Position numbers and translations under genes: made by a program
Source: Clostridia bacterium
Lineage (GTDB): Bacteria > CBDUZB01 > JAGLHV01
Reading direction: 5' to 3'
Length of the DNA stretch: 20,000 bases
Assembly: GCA_030637025.1 (NCBI GenBank)
Contig: DAOVVV010000006.1
Span: 56,750 to 76,749 of the forward strand
In this document: piece by piece, positions 1 through 7,980 of the stretch
Position numbering within the stretch: position 1 is the stretch's first letter
Layout of the letters: every line of letters begins with the position of its first letter
The notes under the pieces: generated by a model
Databases searched by the model: none
What the model was told of the DNA's origin: nothing
The model's input: the letters and a program-made list of their open reading frames with translations, nothing else

Positions 1-1
1 T

Positions 2-484
2 AAAGCTAAGAAACAAATTGAGGTGAAGGCAAAAAAGAAAGAGTGGAACTTAGAAAACCGAGAGAGAGCGGCTATAGCCCTGGAATTTGCAGTAAGAAGA
101 GGTGTGCCGGTAAGCCATGTTGGAAATGTTGTAGAAGAATGTATTGGGAATGGTTTATCCGGAGAAGATACTTTACTGGTAGGAATAGTTTTATCCGAAG
201 GGGTTGATAAAGGAACTAATTTTAAAACTATGGGTAGCCAGGTTGTAAAAAAAATCAGAGCAGGCTATAAGGGGAAAAAATTAGCCAATGAAATTCGTGT
301 TATGATTCAAACTAGACACAGAGCCAGAATGGAAGCAAAAGAAAAGAAAATGGAAAAGCTTTTATATAAAGAAAAAATTAAGCAAGAGGAAAAAGAAGAG
401 AAATTCGAGAGGCCGGAAAGCCAGGGATCCAGTGATGCTCCCGGAGGCAGGTCAGGTGGAGGGAGAGGTAAAGGCAAAAAATAA
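2..484 (+). CDS. Hypothetical protein, 5'-truncated by the window edge; charged helical region and Gly/Lys/Arg-rich tail
   Basis: The frame of ORF 23..484 is open back to position 2 (KAKKQIEV...), so the real start probably lies upstream. A terminator follows. No family motif recognised. Confidence 0.7.
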   Translation, partial: KAKKQIEVKAKKKEWNLENRERAAIALEFAVRRGVPVSHVGNVVEECIGNGLSGEDTLLVGIVLSEGVDKGTNFKTMGSQVVKKIRAGYKGKKLANEIRVMIQTRHRARMEAKEKKMEKLLYKEKIKQEEKEEKFERPESQGSSDAPGGRSGGGRGKGKK

Positions 485-538
485 TATTCAACCTAAGCCA
501 AAAAGATAAAAAGTCAGAGTTATATATTCTATAGTATA

Positions 539-594
539 ATTGCAGTAGTCCGTTATTAAGTAATGGCGGATTACTGCAATTTTTATTTCCTTTT
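539..594 (+). terminator. Rho-independent terminator
   Basis: Arms attgcagtagtccgttatta (539-558) and taatggcggattactgcaat (561-580) pair with G-U wobbles, followed by ttttatttcctttt. Confidence 0.8.
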
Positions 595-661
595 CAGTAT
601 GAGTCATCATATAAAACTGGTACCCCTTATATGAAACAGACGAATGAATGGGATTTTTTTC

Positions 662-708
662 TTGACAAACATATGAATAAATGTTAATATGTTAATATGT
701 TAATATGT
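662..708 (+). promoter_or_regulatory. Sigma70-type promoter overlapped by an ArsR/SmtB-type operator
   Basis: TTGACA (662-667), 17 bp, TG-n-TAATAT (685-690). The imperfect palindrome ACATATGAATAAATGTTAATATGT (669-692) resembles SmtB/CzrA boxes. ATGTTAAT is repeated 3x (681-704). Confidence 0.75.
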
Positions 709-734
709 ATATAAATTAAAGAAAGAGGGTAAAT

Positions 735-1073
735 ATGGAAAAATTTATTAAGTTATTTAGTGCTTTATCGGATGAAACCAGATTGCGTATTTATTTGCTG
801 CTATTAAAGGGAAAACTATGTGTTTGTGAATTGATAAATATTTTAGATATGGAACAATCAAGGATTTCACATAGTTTAAGAATTTTAAAAGAAGCAGGGT
901 TAATTAATAATCAACGGGAAGGAAAATGGATTATTTATTCGGTAAATCCAAAAATGATTAAGAACCAGATAATTCAAGGACTGAAAAAAGATGTAAGCTT
1001 GACCGGTAAGGACTTGCAGAAGTTAGCTAAATGTAAAAAAGAGAACATAAGAGAAAAGTGTGGAACAAAATAA
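735..1073 (+). CDS. arsR: ArsR/SmtB family metalloregulatory repressor
   Basis: FSALSDETRLRI...LCVCEL...QSRISHSLRILKEAGLI...REGKWIIYS: winged HTH with the alpha3 CVC metal/As motif. Confidence 0.92.
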   Translation: MEKFIKLFSALSDETRLRIYLLLLKGKLCVCELINILDMEQSRISHSLRILKEAGLINNQREGKWIIYSVNPKMIKNQIIQGLKKDVSLTGKDLQKLAKCKKENIREKCGTK

Positions 1074-1104
1074 TAAATTTAAAATTGAGAAAGGACTATG
1101 AACG

Positions 1105-2277
1105 ATGAAAGAGAGATATAAATTTTTATTGATTCTATCCATTTTTTTAGCAGCGTATTTTATTCCTTTTGCCAATGTTAAAATTCAGACTGCCTTGATG
1201 GAATCTTTTTTAATGATACAGGAATATGCCAGAGAACACGTTCTGCTCTGTCTTGTTCCTGCTTTTTTTATTGCCGGAGCTATTGCCAATTTTATCAGTC
1301 AGGGTGCGGTTATAAAATATTTTGGCAATAAAGCCAATAAAGTATTAGCGTATTCTATAGCTTCGGTTTCAGGTACAATCTTGGCAGTTTGTTCCTGCAC
1401 GGTATTGCCTCTTTTTTCCGGTATTTATAAGAGAGGTGCAGGGATAGGGCCGGCAACGGCATTTCTTTATTCAGGTCCGGCGATTAATGTGCTGGCAATT
1501 ATTTTAACTGCGCGTATTTTAGGATGGGAACTGGGTTTTGCCCGGGCTCTTGGCGCTGTTATTTTTTCTATAATTATCGGATTGAGTATGCATTTTATTT
1601 TCTATAAAGAAGAAAAAAACAGAAATGCCAACCAGAACCTGGCTATTCCGGAGGAGGAGAAAGAATTAAGGCCTTTATGGAAAACGACTTTTTATTTTGC
1701 AATAATGGTTGCAATCCTTATTTTTGCCAATTGGACCAGGGATGAATCAATAAAAATCTGGCAGGCAATTTATAATATAAAGTGGGTTATCACGGGAAGT
1801 TTACTGGTTATTTTAACCGGGATGCTTTATAAATGGTTCAAAAAAAAGGAACTAAAAGAATGGACATATTCGACATGGGGATTTGCCAAACAAATATTGC
1901 CATTTCTTTTTGCAGGAGTTTTTGTTGCCGGGTTTTTATTAGGAAGGCCCGGTCATCAGGCATTAATACCTGCTCAATGGATAGAGAAATTAGTCGGTGG
2001 GAATAGTTTGGGGGCTAATTTTATTGCCTCTATAGCAGGAGCTTTAATGTATTTTGCCACTTTGACGGAAATACCCATACTTCAGGGATTGCTGGGGGCA
2101 GGGATGGGTAAAGGCCCGGCCTTAGCGCTTTTGCTGGCAGGTCCGGCCTTAAGTTTACCCAATATGCTGGTAATAAGGAATGTTATGGGAACGAAAAAAA
2201 CACTGGTATATATTTTTCTGGTAGTGGTTATGGCTACATTTAGCGGGATGATTTTTGGTTTTTTATTTGAAAGTTAG
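1105..2277 (+). CDS. ArsP/DUF318 family permease
   Basis: Polytopic membrane protein with AVCSCTVLP, AFLYSGPAIN, YFATLTE and LLAGPALSLP motifs; lies directly after arsR. Confidence 0.85.
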   Translation: MKERYKFLLILSIFLAAYFIPFANVKIQTALMESFLMIQEYAREHVLLCLVPAFFIAGAIANFISQGAVIKYFGNKANKVLAYSIASVSGTILAVCSCTVLPLFSGIYKRGAGIGPATAFLYSGPAINVLAIILTARILGWELGFARALGAVIFSIIIGLSMHFIFYKEEKNRNANQNLAIPEEEKELRPLWKTTFYFAIMVAILIFANWTRDESIKIWQAIYNIKWVITGSLLVILTGMLYKWFKKKELKEWTYSTWGFAKQILPFLFAGVFVAGFLLGRPGHQALIPAQWIEKLVGGNSLGANFIASIAGALMYFATLTEIPILQGLLGAGMGKGPALALLLAGPALSLPNMLVIRNVMGTKKTLVYIFLVVVMATFSGMIFGFLFES

Positions 2278-2310
2278 AATAAAAAAATTGAAATATAAGG
2301 AGAAAAAGTA

Positions 2311-2544
2311 ATGAAAATTGAAATTTTAGGGACCGGTTGTCCCAAGTGTAAAAAAGTAGCCGAGCATACAGAGCAGGCAGTAAAAGAATCAGGGATTGAG
2401 GCAGAGATAGTTAAAGTAACGGAGATTGCAGATATTATGAAAAGGGGAGTAATGCTTACTCCTTCTTTGGCTATCGAAGGGGAAATTAAAAGTAGCGGTA
2501 AAATACCCAGCGTGGAAGAAATTAAAAAGTGGTTGAAGAGGTAG
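2311..2544 (+). CDS. Small redox-active disulfide protein (MTH895-like thioredoxin family)
   Basis: MKIEILGTGCPKC...GVMLTPSLAIEGE; 77 aa; AAGGAG RBS; common partner of ArsP permeases. Confidence 0.9.
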   Translation: MKIEILGTGCPKCKKVAEHTEQAVKESGIEAEIVKVTEIADIMKRGVMLTPSLAIEGEIKSSGKIPSVEEIKKWLKR

Positions 2545-2589
2545 TTTAAGGGAGATTATTTTGGTAGAAAAAATAAAAAGGAGAAAAAA

Positions 2590-3183
2590 ATGGATTATAA
2601 AATATCAAAAAAAATTTCCTCCCTGCTAATAACTGGCACATTGTTTTTTTTAATGGGATGTAGTAAGAGGGAAGAAGGAACCGGTCAAGAAAAAGCAGAT
2701 TCAAATGTAAAAATATTACAAGGAGAGATTATAGAGGAAAAAGAAGAAGTTGTTACCAGCGGTATATCTGAGGAATTTCTCCGGGAAAAGACAGACAATA
2801 AAACAGAGGCAACAGAAAGAAAAGTGGATAGGGTAAAGCAGGAAAATCCGGGAAAAGAAACTAAAAATGAAATAAAACAGCCTAAACAGGAGAAAGAAGA
2901 CATAAAAGTTACTTTTATAGAATTGGGATCAATAAAATGTATTCCCTGCCGGATGATGGAGCCGATTATAGAGGAAATTAAAGAGGAATATGCCGGACAG
3001 GTGAAAGTAATTTTCTATGATGTTTGGACTGCGGAGGGAAGACCTTATGCCCGGAAGTATAATATCAGAACGATTCCTACACAGGTATTTCTGGATAAAG
3101 ACGGAAACGAATATTTTAGACATCAAGGGTTTTTTGCTAAGGATGAGTTGATTGAAGTTTTAAAGAAGGAGGGAGTCAAATAG
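2590..3183 (+). CDS. Lipoprotein with C-terminal thioredoxin domain
   Basis: Lipobox LMGC, charged linker, then ELGSIKCIPC...IRTIPTQVFLDKDG...RHQG thioredoxin fold. Confidence 0.85.
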   Translation: MDYKISKKISSLLITGTLFFLMGCSKREEGTGQEKADSNVKILQGEIIEEKEEVVTSGISEEFLREKTDNKTEATERKVDRVKQENPGKETKNEIKQPKQEKEDIKVTFIELGSIKCIPCRMMEPIIEEIKEEYAGQVKVIFYDVWTAEGRPYARKYNIRTIPTQVFLDKDGNEYFRHQGFFAKDELIEVLKKEGVK

Positions 3184-3884
3184 TGCTCAGAACCATGTTT
3201 GAGTGGTTATCCAATGCTCTTCAATCAGGGCCGATTATTGCGATAAGCGCGTCTTTTATCTGGGGTGTATTAAGTATATTGTTAAGTCCCTGTCATCTGG
3301 CCAGCATTCCTTTAATTGTAGGCTTTATTGACGAACAGGGTAGAATATCTACCAAAAGAACATTTCTTATAGCCACGCTTTTTTCTTCAGGTATCTTAAT
3401 AACTATTGCTGCAATAGGTTTAATCACCGGCCTTTTGGGAAGGATGCTGGGGGATATAGGCCCTTATGGTAATTATTTTGTTGCGATAATTTTTGTTATC
3501 GTAGGCTTTCATCTTTTAGAGATTATTCCTCTTCCTTTTTTTGGAAAATCAGGTCAACCTGCATTCAAGAGAAAAGGCTTATTGGCTGGGTTTATACTGG
3601 GTCTCGTTTTTGGTATTGCCCTGGGTCCTTGTACTTTTGCCTATATGGCACCGATGCTGGGTGTTGCCTTTAAAGTAGCATCGACACAATTTTTTTACGG
3701 AGTGACATTGTTATTTGTTTACGGTATTGGTCATTGTTCGGTAATCATTTTTGCCGGAACCTTTACCGGGGTGGTACAACATTATTTAAACTGGAATGAG
3801 CAATCCCGGGGAGCAATAATTCTTAAGAAAATATGCGGGATATTAGTCATTTTAGGGGGAATATATTTAATCTGGAGTGCTTAA
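3183..3884 (+). CDS. ccdA: CcdA/DsbD-like transmembrane electron transporter
   Basis: Conserved Cys motifs LSPCHL and LGPCT, about six TM segments; start overlaps the thioredoxin stop codon. Confidence 0.88.
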   Translation: MLRTMFEWLSNALQSGPIIAISASFIWGVLSILLSPCHLASIPLIVGFIDEQGRISTKRTFLIATLFSSGILITIAAIGLITGLLGRMLGDIGPYGNYFVAIIFVIVGFHLLEIIPLPFFGKSGQPAFKRKGLLAGFILGLVFGIALGPCTFAYMAPMLGVAFKVASTQFFYGVTLLFVYGIGHCSVIIFAGTFTGVVQHYLNWNEQSRGAIILKKICGILVILGGIYLIWSA

Positions 3885-3938
3885 AGAAGGTTGGTTATTA
3901 TTAAAAAAAACTAAATATTCAGTAAGAGGGGGAAAGAT

Positions 3939-4211
3939 ATGGATTGGAAAATATTTACGGCAACCTTTGGAGCAATATTTTTGGCGGAACTGGCAGATAA
4001 GACCCAGTTAGTGGGGATAGGAATGTCTGCAAAATCAGGAAAACCATTAACAGTATGGTTGGGGTCTATATCAGCATACATAATTGTAACCGCCATTTCC
4101 GTATTAATCGGTGCGACATTTGGAAAATATATAAAACCGGAATTGATACGATATGTAGGAGCTTCAATATTCATTGTAATCGGGATGTTAATGTTTTTGG
4201 ATAAGATTTAA
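3939..4211 (+). CDS. TMEM165/GDT1 (UPF0016) family protein, single-repeat form
   Basis: IFLAELADKTQL is a variant of the E-x-G-D-K-T motif; three TM segments, 90 aa. Confidence 0.88.
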   Translation: MDWKIFTATFGAIFLAELADKTQLVGIGMSAKSGKPLTVWLGSISAYIIVTAISVLIGATFGKYIKPELIRYVGASIFIVIGMLMFLDKI

Positions 4212-4266
4212 TCGTTTAAAAAAATATTAGATTTATTTAACTTTATCTTTCCTTGAAAATCAACTA

Positions 4267-4383
4267 CTCCGCAGCAAGCTGCGAGCCCCTTCGACTCCCT
4301 TCAAGGGAATTTATGCTGAGTAAAACGAAGTGCTCAGTATCAATTCGACTACAGAGTTTTTGTCAGCGTAGCTGAAAAACTCT
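4267..4383. repeat. Cluster of four hairpins, REP-like or structured element
   Basis: cgcagc-aa-gctgcg (4270-4283); tccct-tca-aggga (4296-4308); atgctgagta/tgctcagtat (4313-4340); agagttttt-g-tcagc-gta-gctga-aaaactct (4353-4383). TTCGACT is repeated at 4290 and 4344. Confidence 0.6.
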
Positions 4384-4469
4384 AAGTCTCATTAAATTAA
4401 ATTCTTTAAATTAGAGTAATTATAATTTAGCAATTGACATTGAAGAGGAAGATTAAGTAATATATTAAT

Positions 4470-5567
4470 ATGGAACAAATATATAAAATTGAAGAATATA
4501 AAGACACCCAATCCTTTAATAAATTATACAAGGATTTAATGGATCCGGTCTGGAAAAGTGGGTATGAAAAGCAAAGTATGACAGATATAGATGTTGATTT
4601 TTTAGAATGGATTTTAAATTCCTCCGGAAGCAATATTAAGTTTAATATAAAAACACAAAATAAAATAGTTAGTTTTATTGGCGGGTTTAGAAGAAAAGTC
4701 AGGTTTTTTAATCAGGAATTAGAAACCTACATAGGGGGATTGTTTTCGGTTCACCCGGAATATCAAAGGAAAGGGTTGGGGTATAGTCAATTTTTAGAAA
4801 TGGCTAGGGAAATGATAGATAAAAGAAAGTGTCCTTGTTTTTTTATTTATCTGGATAAAGGTCATTCCTCGACTTTGCTTTTAAAAAAATTTGTCCGAAA
4901 AGAAAATTATGGGGTAAAAAAACTGGCCACTTTTAATTTTTATGTAAAAATTTTAGATTTGGAAGAACTAAATCAATGTGAACCTTTAAAAGGTTATGAA
5001 AAAATATTTTTTTTAAAATCCTTTAAAAACTGGATAGAAAAAGTAAAAATCGATGAATCCTATTTCCCCAATATCAGTTTATTAAAAGAGAGCGATTTAG
5101 ATCAATGTCAAAAATTATTAAATTCATACGCAAGAGATAAAAAAATAAAGCTGGCCAGAATCTGGGATAAAAAAGAAGAGCTTTTTAGGCAACTGACATT
5201 CAAAAATAAAGCAGAAACATTAATATTTAAAAAAAACAATCAAGTTCAGGGAATTATAAATTATTATTATATGACTTTAAGAGGAAAAACAAATATTAAG
5301 ATTGCTGTTTTGGAAAATATTCATTTAAAATCATTAAGCCAAAACGAACAAAGATCTTTCCTTTCTTTTTATCTTAAACATATAAAACAGAACGGCTGTT
5401 CTGTCTCGATTGGTTGTAACTTCACCTATTTTGACCGAAAAGTCTTCCGGCATTTCCATTTTGTGCCATATCCCCGGTATATGCATTTTGTCGCTATCGG
5501 TAAAAAAGATTATTTATCAAAATTTAAAAAATTAAAAAAAGATGATATTTATTTTGACCTTAAATAA
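4470..5567 (+). CDS. Tandem-GNAT acyltransferase, N-myristoyltransferase-like architecture
   Basis: GNAT motif A FSVHPEYQRKGLG. A second GNAT-like half begins at LLKESDLDQCQKLLNSY. 365 aa, very AT-rich. Confidence 0.75.
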   Translation: MEQIYKIEEYKDTQSFNKLYKDLMDPVWKSGYEKQSMTDIDVDFLEWILNSSGSNIKFNIKTQNKIVSFIGGFRRKVRFFNQELETYIGGLFSVHPEYQRKGLGYSQFLEMAREMIDKRKCPCFFIYLDKGHSSTLLLKKFVRKENYGVKKLATFNFYVKILDLEELNQCEPLKGYEKIFFLKSFKNWIEKVKIDESYFPNISLLKESDLDQCQKLLNSYARDKKIKLARIWDKKEELFRQLTFKNKAETLIFKKNNQVQGIINYYYMTLRGKTNIKIAVLENIHLKSLSQNEQRSFLSFYLKHIKQNGCSVSIGCNFTYFDRKVFRHFHFVPYPRYMHFVAIGKKDYLSKFKKLKKDDIYFDLK

Positions 5568-5672
5568 GGATAAGAAAATGAATAAATAACCAAAAGAATC
5601 ATCAAGAAAGAAGGGAATTAAATCAAAGATAGCGTTTTATTGATTAAGAAAAAGCCTAAAAAGGAGAGCTAA

Positions 5673-6263
5673 ATGAATATCAAAATTATTTTATTTCTTG
5701 TTTTTTTGGGTGTTTTGATTTTAAGTGTGCCTGTTATAATTGTCTTACTTTTTTATGATTCTTTAATTAAATCCGAAGAGCAGGTAAAAGAAGCTTGGGT
5801 AGGGGTGAAAGGAGTATATCAAAGGAGATTAGATTTAATCCCGGATTTGTTAGAAGTAGTAAAAAATTATGCCGGGAGTGAAGAAAAAACGTTACAAAAT
5901 GTTACCTATACTCGAGAAAAAGCCCGGAAAATGACGGAAAGTATTGACAGACCGGTTTTATCCAAAGAGGCAAAACTTAATGAATTTGTAGAACTTCATG
6001 ACAAGCTGGTTTCTGCTATAAAGGTATTATGGGTTTTACCAACGAAATACCCGGATTTAAAAAACGATGTACCTTTTTTTACTATTCGGCAGGAATTAGA
6101 TGAAATAGAAAATATAATTCCGCTGAAAATCAGGGAGTATAACAAAGAGGTAAAGAATAATAGTTTAAAAATTAGAAGTTTTCCCTCAAATTTAATTGCC
6201 TGGGTATTTAAATTTAAAGAGAAAAGTCATATTAAAGTAAAAGAAAAGGAATCGGAGGCATAA
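5673..6263 (+). CDS. lemA: LemA family protein
   Basis: N-terminal TM, then EQVKEAW...YQRRLDLIPDL...YPDLK...YN...FPSNLIA. Confidence 0.9.
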   Translation: MNIKIILFLVFLGVLILSVPVIIVLLFYDSLIKSEEQVKEAWVGVKGVYQRRLDLIPDLLEVVKNYAGSEEKTLQNVTYTREKARKMTESIDRPVLSKEAKLNEFVELHDKLVSAIKVLWVLPTKYPDLKNDVPFFTIRQELDEIENIIPLKIREYNKEVKNNSLKIRSFPSNLIAWVFKFKEKSHIKVKEKESEA

Positions 6264-6347
6264 CCGGGGAATTCGTTTGATTTTTATTTACGCCTTACCG
6301 GGTTCGTTTACCAGTATACCGGTAGCTAATTTTATTAGGAGGAAAAA

Positions 6348-6534
6348 GTGAAAAAAATAATATCTCTTGCAATAATTTTGATTCTTTTTTCATGTAATAT
6401 TTTTTTTGCATCTTCTAGTGGAGGTGTGCCTAAACCCTTCTGTAAAATTTCAAAGTAGTAAACTTTCAACTTATTCTTATACATTGGTTTTAAAAGAAGA
6501 TGGAACAATTGAAATTATAAATGTAACAAAATAA
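6348..6534 (+). pseudogene. Decayed remnant of an exported-protein gene, possibly the TPM-domain partner of LemA
   Basis: AGGAGG RBS, GTG at 6348, signal-peptide-like MKKIISLAIILILFSCNIFFASSSGGVPKP, stop at 6458. A shifted frame continues PSVKFQSSKLSTYSYTLVLKEDGTIEIINVTK to a stop at 6534. Confidence 0.45.
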
Positions 6535-6662
6535 AAATCTTAACAAAGCACAAGGAACATTTCTAGTTAATCTTTTTTTCCCTTTCCTGAAGAAAAAAAT
6601 TCAGCCTTAGTTTTAAAATTTGAATTTAATAAAAGGGTATTTGCTGAGTTTAATAATAATTC

Positions 6663-6699
6663 TTGACAAATAATTATTATTAAACTATAATGATTATTG
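6663..6699 (+). promoter_or_regulatory. Consensus sigma70 promoter with overlapping Per/Fur box
   Basis: TTGACA (6663-6668), 17 bp, TATAAT (6686-6691). CTATAATGATTATTG (6685-6699) resembles the Per box TTATAATnATTATAA. Confidence 0.8.
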
Positions 6700-6721
6700 T
6701 TTAATAATAGGGAGAAAATTT

Positions 6722-7144
6722 ATGAAAAACATGCAGGAGAGATTAAAAGAGAAAAAGGTTGTTTTAACTCCTCAGAGATTAGCTATTGTAGACTTTCTCC
6801 AGAGGAGTAAAATCCATCCTACAGTAGAAGATATTTATAATAATCTTAAAAAGAAATATCCTACTATGTCCTTAGCTACTGTTTACACTAGTTTAGAAAT
6901 TCTTAAACAGGCAGGAGAAATTCAGGAACTTACTATTAGAAAGGAAAAGATTTGTTTTGATCCCAACCCTAAAACACACCATCATTTTTTTTGCCGGGAA
7001 TGTCTAGAGGTTTTAGATGTTGACATTAGTTGTCCCCTTGCTCGCCAGGGATCAGTGGAAGGACATAAAATTGAAGAAGTGCAAGCATATTTTTACGGTA
7101 TCTGTTCTATTTGTCTTAAAAACAAAAGAAGGATGAAAGAGTAA
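6722..7144 (+). CDS. Fur family regulator, PerR-like
   Basis: TPQRLAI...HPTVEDIY...SLATVY...HHHFFCREC...CSIC, with two CxxC Zn motifs; Per-like box upstream. Confidence 0.9.
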   Translation: MKNMQERLKEKKVVLTPQRLAIVDFLQRSKIHPTVEDIYNNLKKKYPTMSLATVYTSLEILKQAGEIQELTIRKEKICFDPNPKTHHHFFCRECLEVLDVDISCPLARQGSVEGHKIEEVQAYFYGICSICLKNKRRMKE

Positions 7145-7201
7145 AGGAATAAAATAAATGTCAAACATTTTGGACATTATTTTTAATAAAAGGAGGAAAA
7201 A

Positions 7202-7513
7202 ATGAAAGTAGAGGAATTTATTAATTCTTGTGTGGATCATGGTTATCATTGGTATCAAGGAAAGCACGAAGGTAAAGATGGGTATTTTGTTGGGAGTGAA
7301 GAATTAAATACTGTCGCTCATTACCAGGTTGAAGCCATCCAACAAAATGACTGGCCAATTTTGGAGAGTCAAATAATCCAGGGAAAAAAAATTCATCATA
7401 TTTCCCGGGTGGTAGGCTATTTTTCACGCATTGAAAATTGGAACAAAAGTAAACAGGGAGAGTTGCAGGACCGGCAGAAAGGGAATTATCGGGTAGGGCA
7501 GGAAAAACCATAG
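7202..7513 (+). CDS. Stand-alone protein with the class III RNR (NrdD) C-terminal glycyl-radical motif
   Basis: ISRVVGYFSRIENWNKSKQGELQDR matches the NrdD RxxGY...WNxxKxxExxDR terminus. AGGAGG RBS. Only 103 aa, with no catalytic barrel or CxxC Zn ribbon. Confidence 0.8.
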   Translation: MKVEEFINSCVDHGYHWYQGKHEGKDGYFVGSEELNTVAHYQVEAIQQNDWPILESQIIQGKKIHHISRVVGYFSRIENWNKSKQGELQDRQKGNYRVGQEKP

Positions 7514-7549
7514 TAAGCCTAAAAATAGTTAAAAGAGAAATATCCTGAT

Positions 7550-7856
7550 TGTGGATATCTTTATCAAGATAAAGTTGTCCGGAATAAATTTCCTGTGAGT
7601 AGTTATCCACAAGCCTGTTTTGAATTACTTGACTTAAATTATGGAAACTCCTTATTATATAAAGACAATTTGAAGTTTTTGCTGTTATAAAAAAACACAA
7701 AAACGGTTAAATTTCAGAGTGAATAAAAGGGTTTTTATTAATGAGAGCACGGTGTATAAGTTGTGGACAATGTGTGGATATTTGTCTCAGAAAGATATTA
7801 TATCCGGATAAAAAACTAAAAAGTGGAAGGTTACTGATTAATCCTTATGTGATAAA
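7550..7856. promoter_or_regulatory. DnaA-box cluster (candidate oriC or DnaA titration/regulatory locus)
   Basis: Perfect TTATCCACA at 7603-7611. One-mismatch reverse boxes at 7550, 7718, 7751, 7762 and 7773, the last three phased at 11 bp. Weaker boxes at 7561 and 7803. Lies in an AT-rich ~470 bp intergenic gap. Confidence 0.65.
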
Positions 7857-7980
7857 TTTCGGGGATAGGAATATATTTGTTCCCAGAGCGCGGTTAAGAT
7901 TCTTTAACCTTTTTGCCCAAAGGAAAACGGAATGAAATAATTATTTTGACATTAAAAAAAGTACAGGAAAGGAGTAAAAT

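Noticed and set aside
3885-3938. yybP-ykoY Mn riboswitch before the GDT1 gene
   Set aside because: The gap is only 54 bp, AT-rich and unstructured.
7202-7513. nrdD pseudogene fragment
   Set aside because: It has its own strong RBS/ATG and a non-NrdD N-terminus, and no upstream nrdD remnant exists.
7741-7935. ORF with ferredoxin-like CISCGQCVDIC
   Set aside because: The Cys pattern is the translation of three tandem DnaA boxes. It lacks the Pro after the fourth Cys, a second cluster motif and a good RBS, so it is probably spurious.
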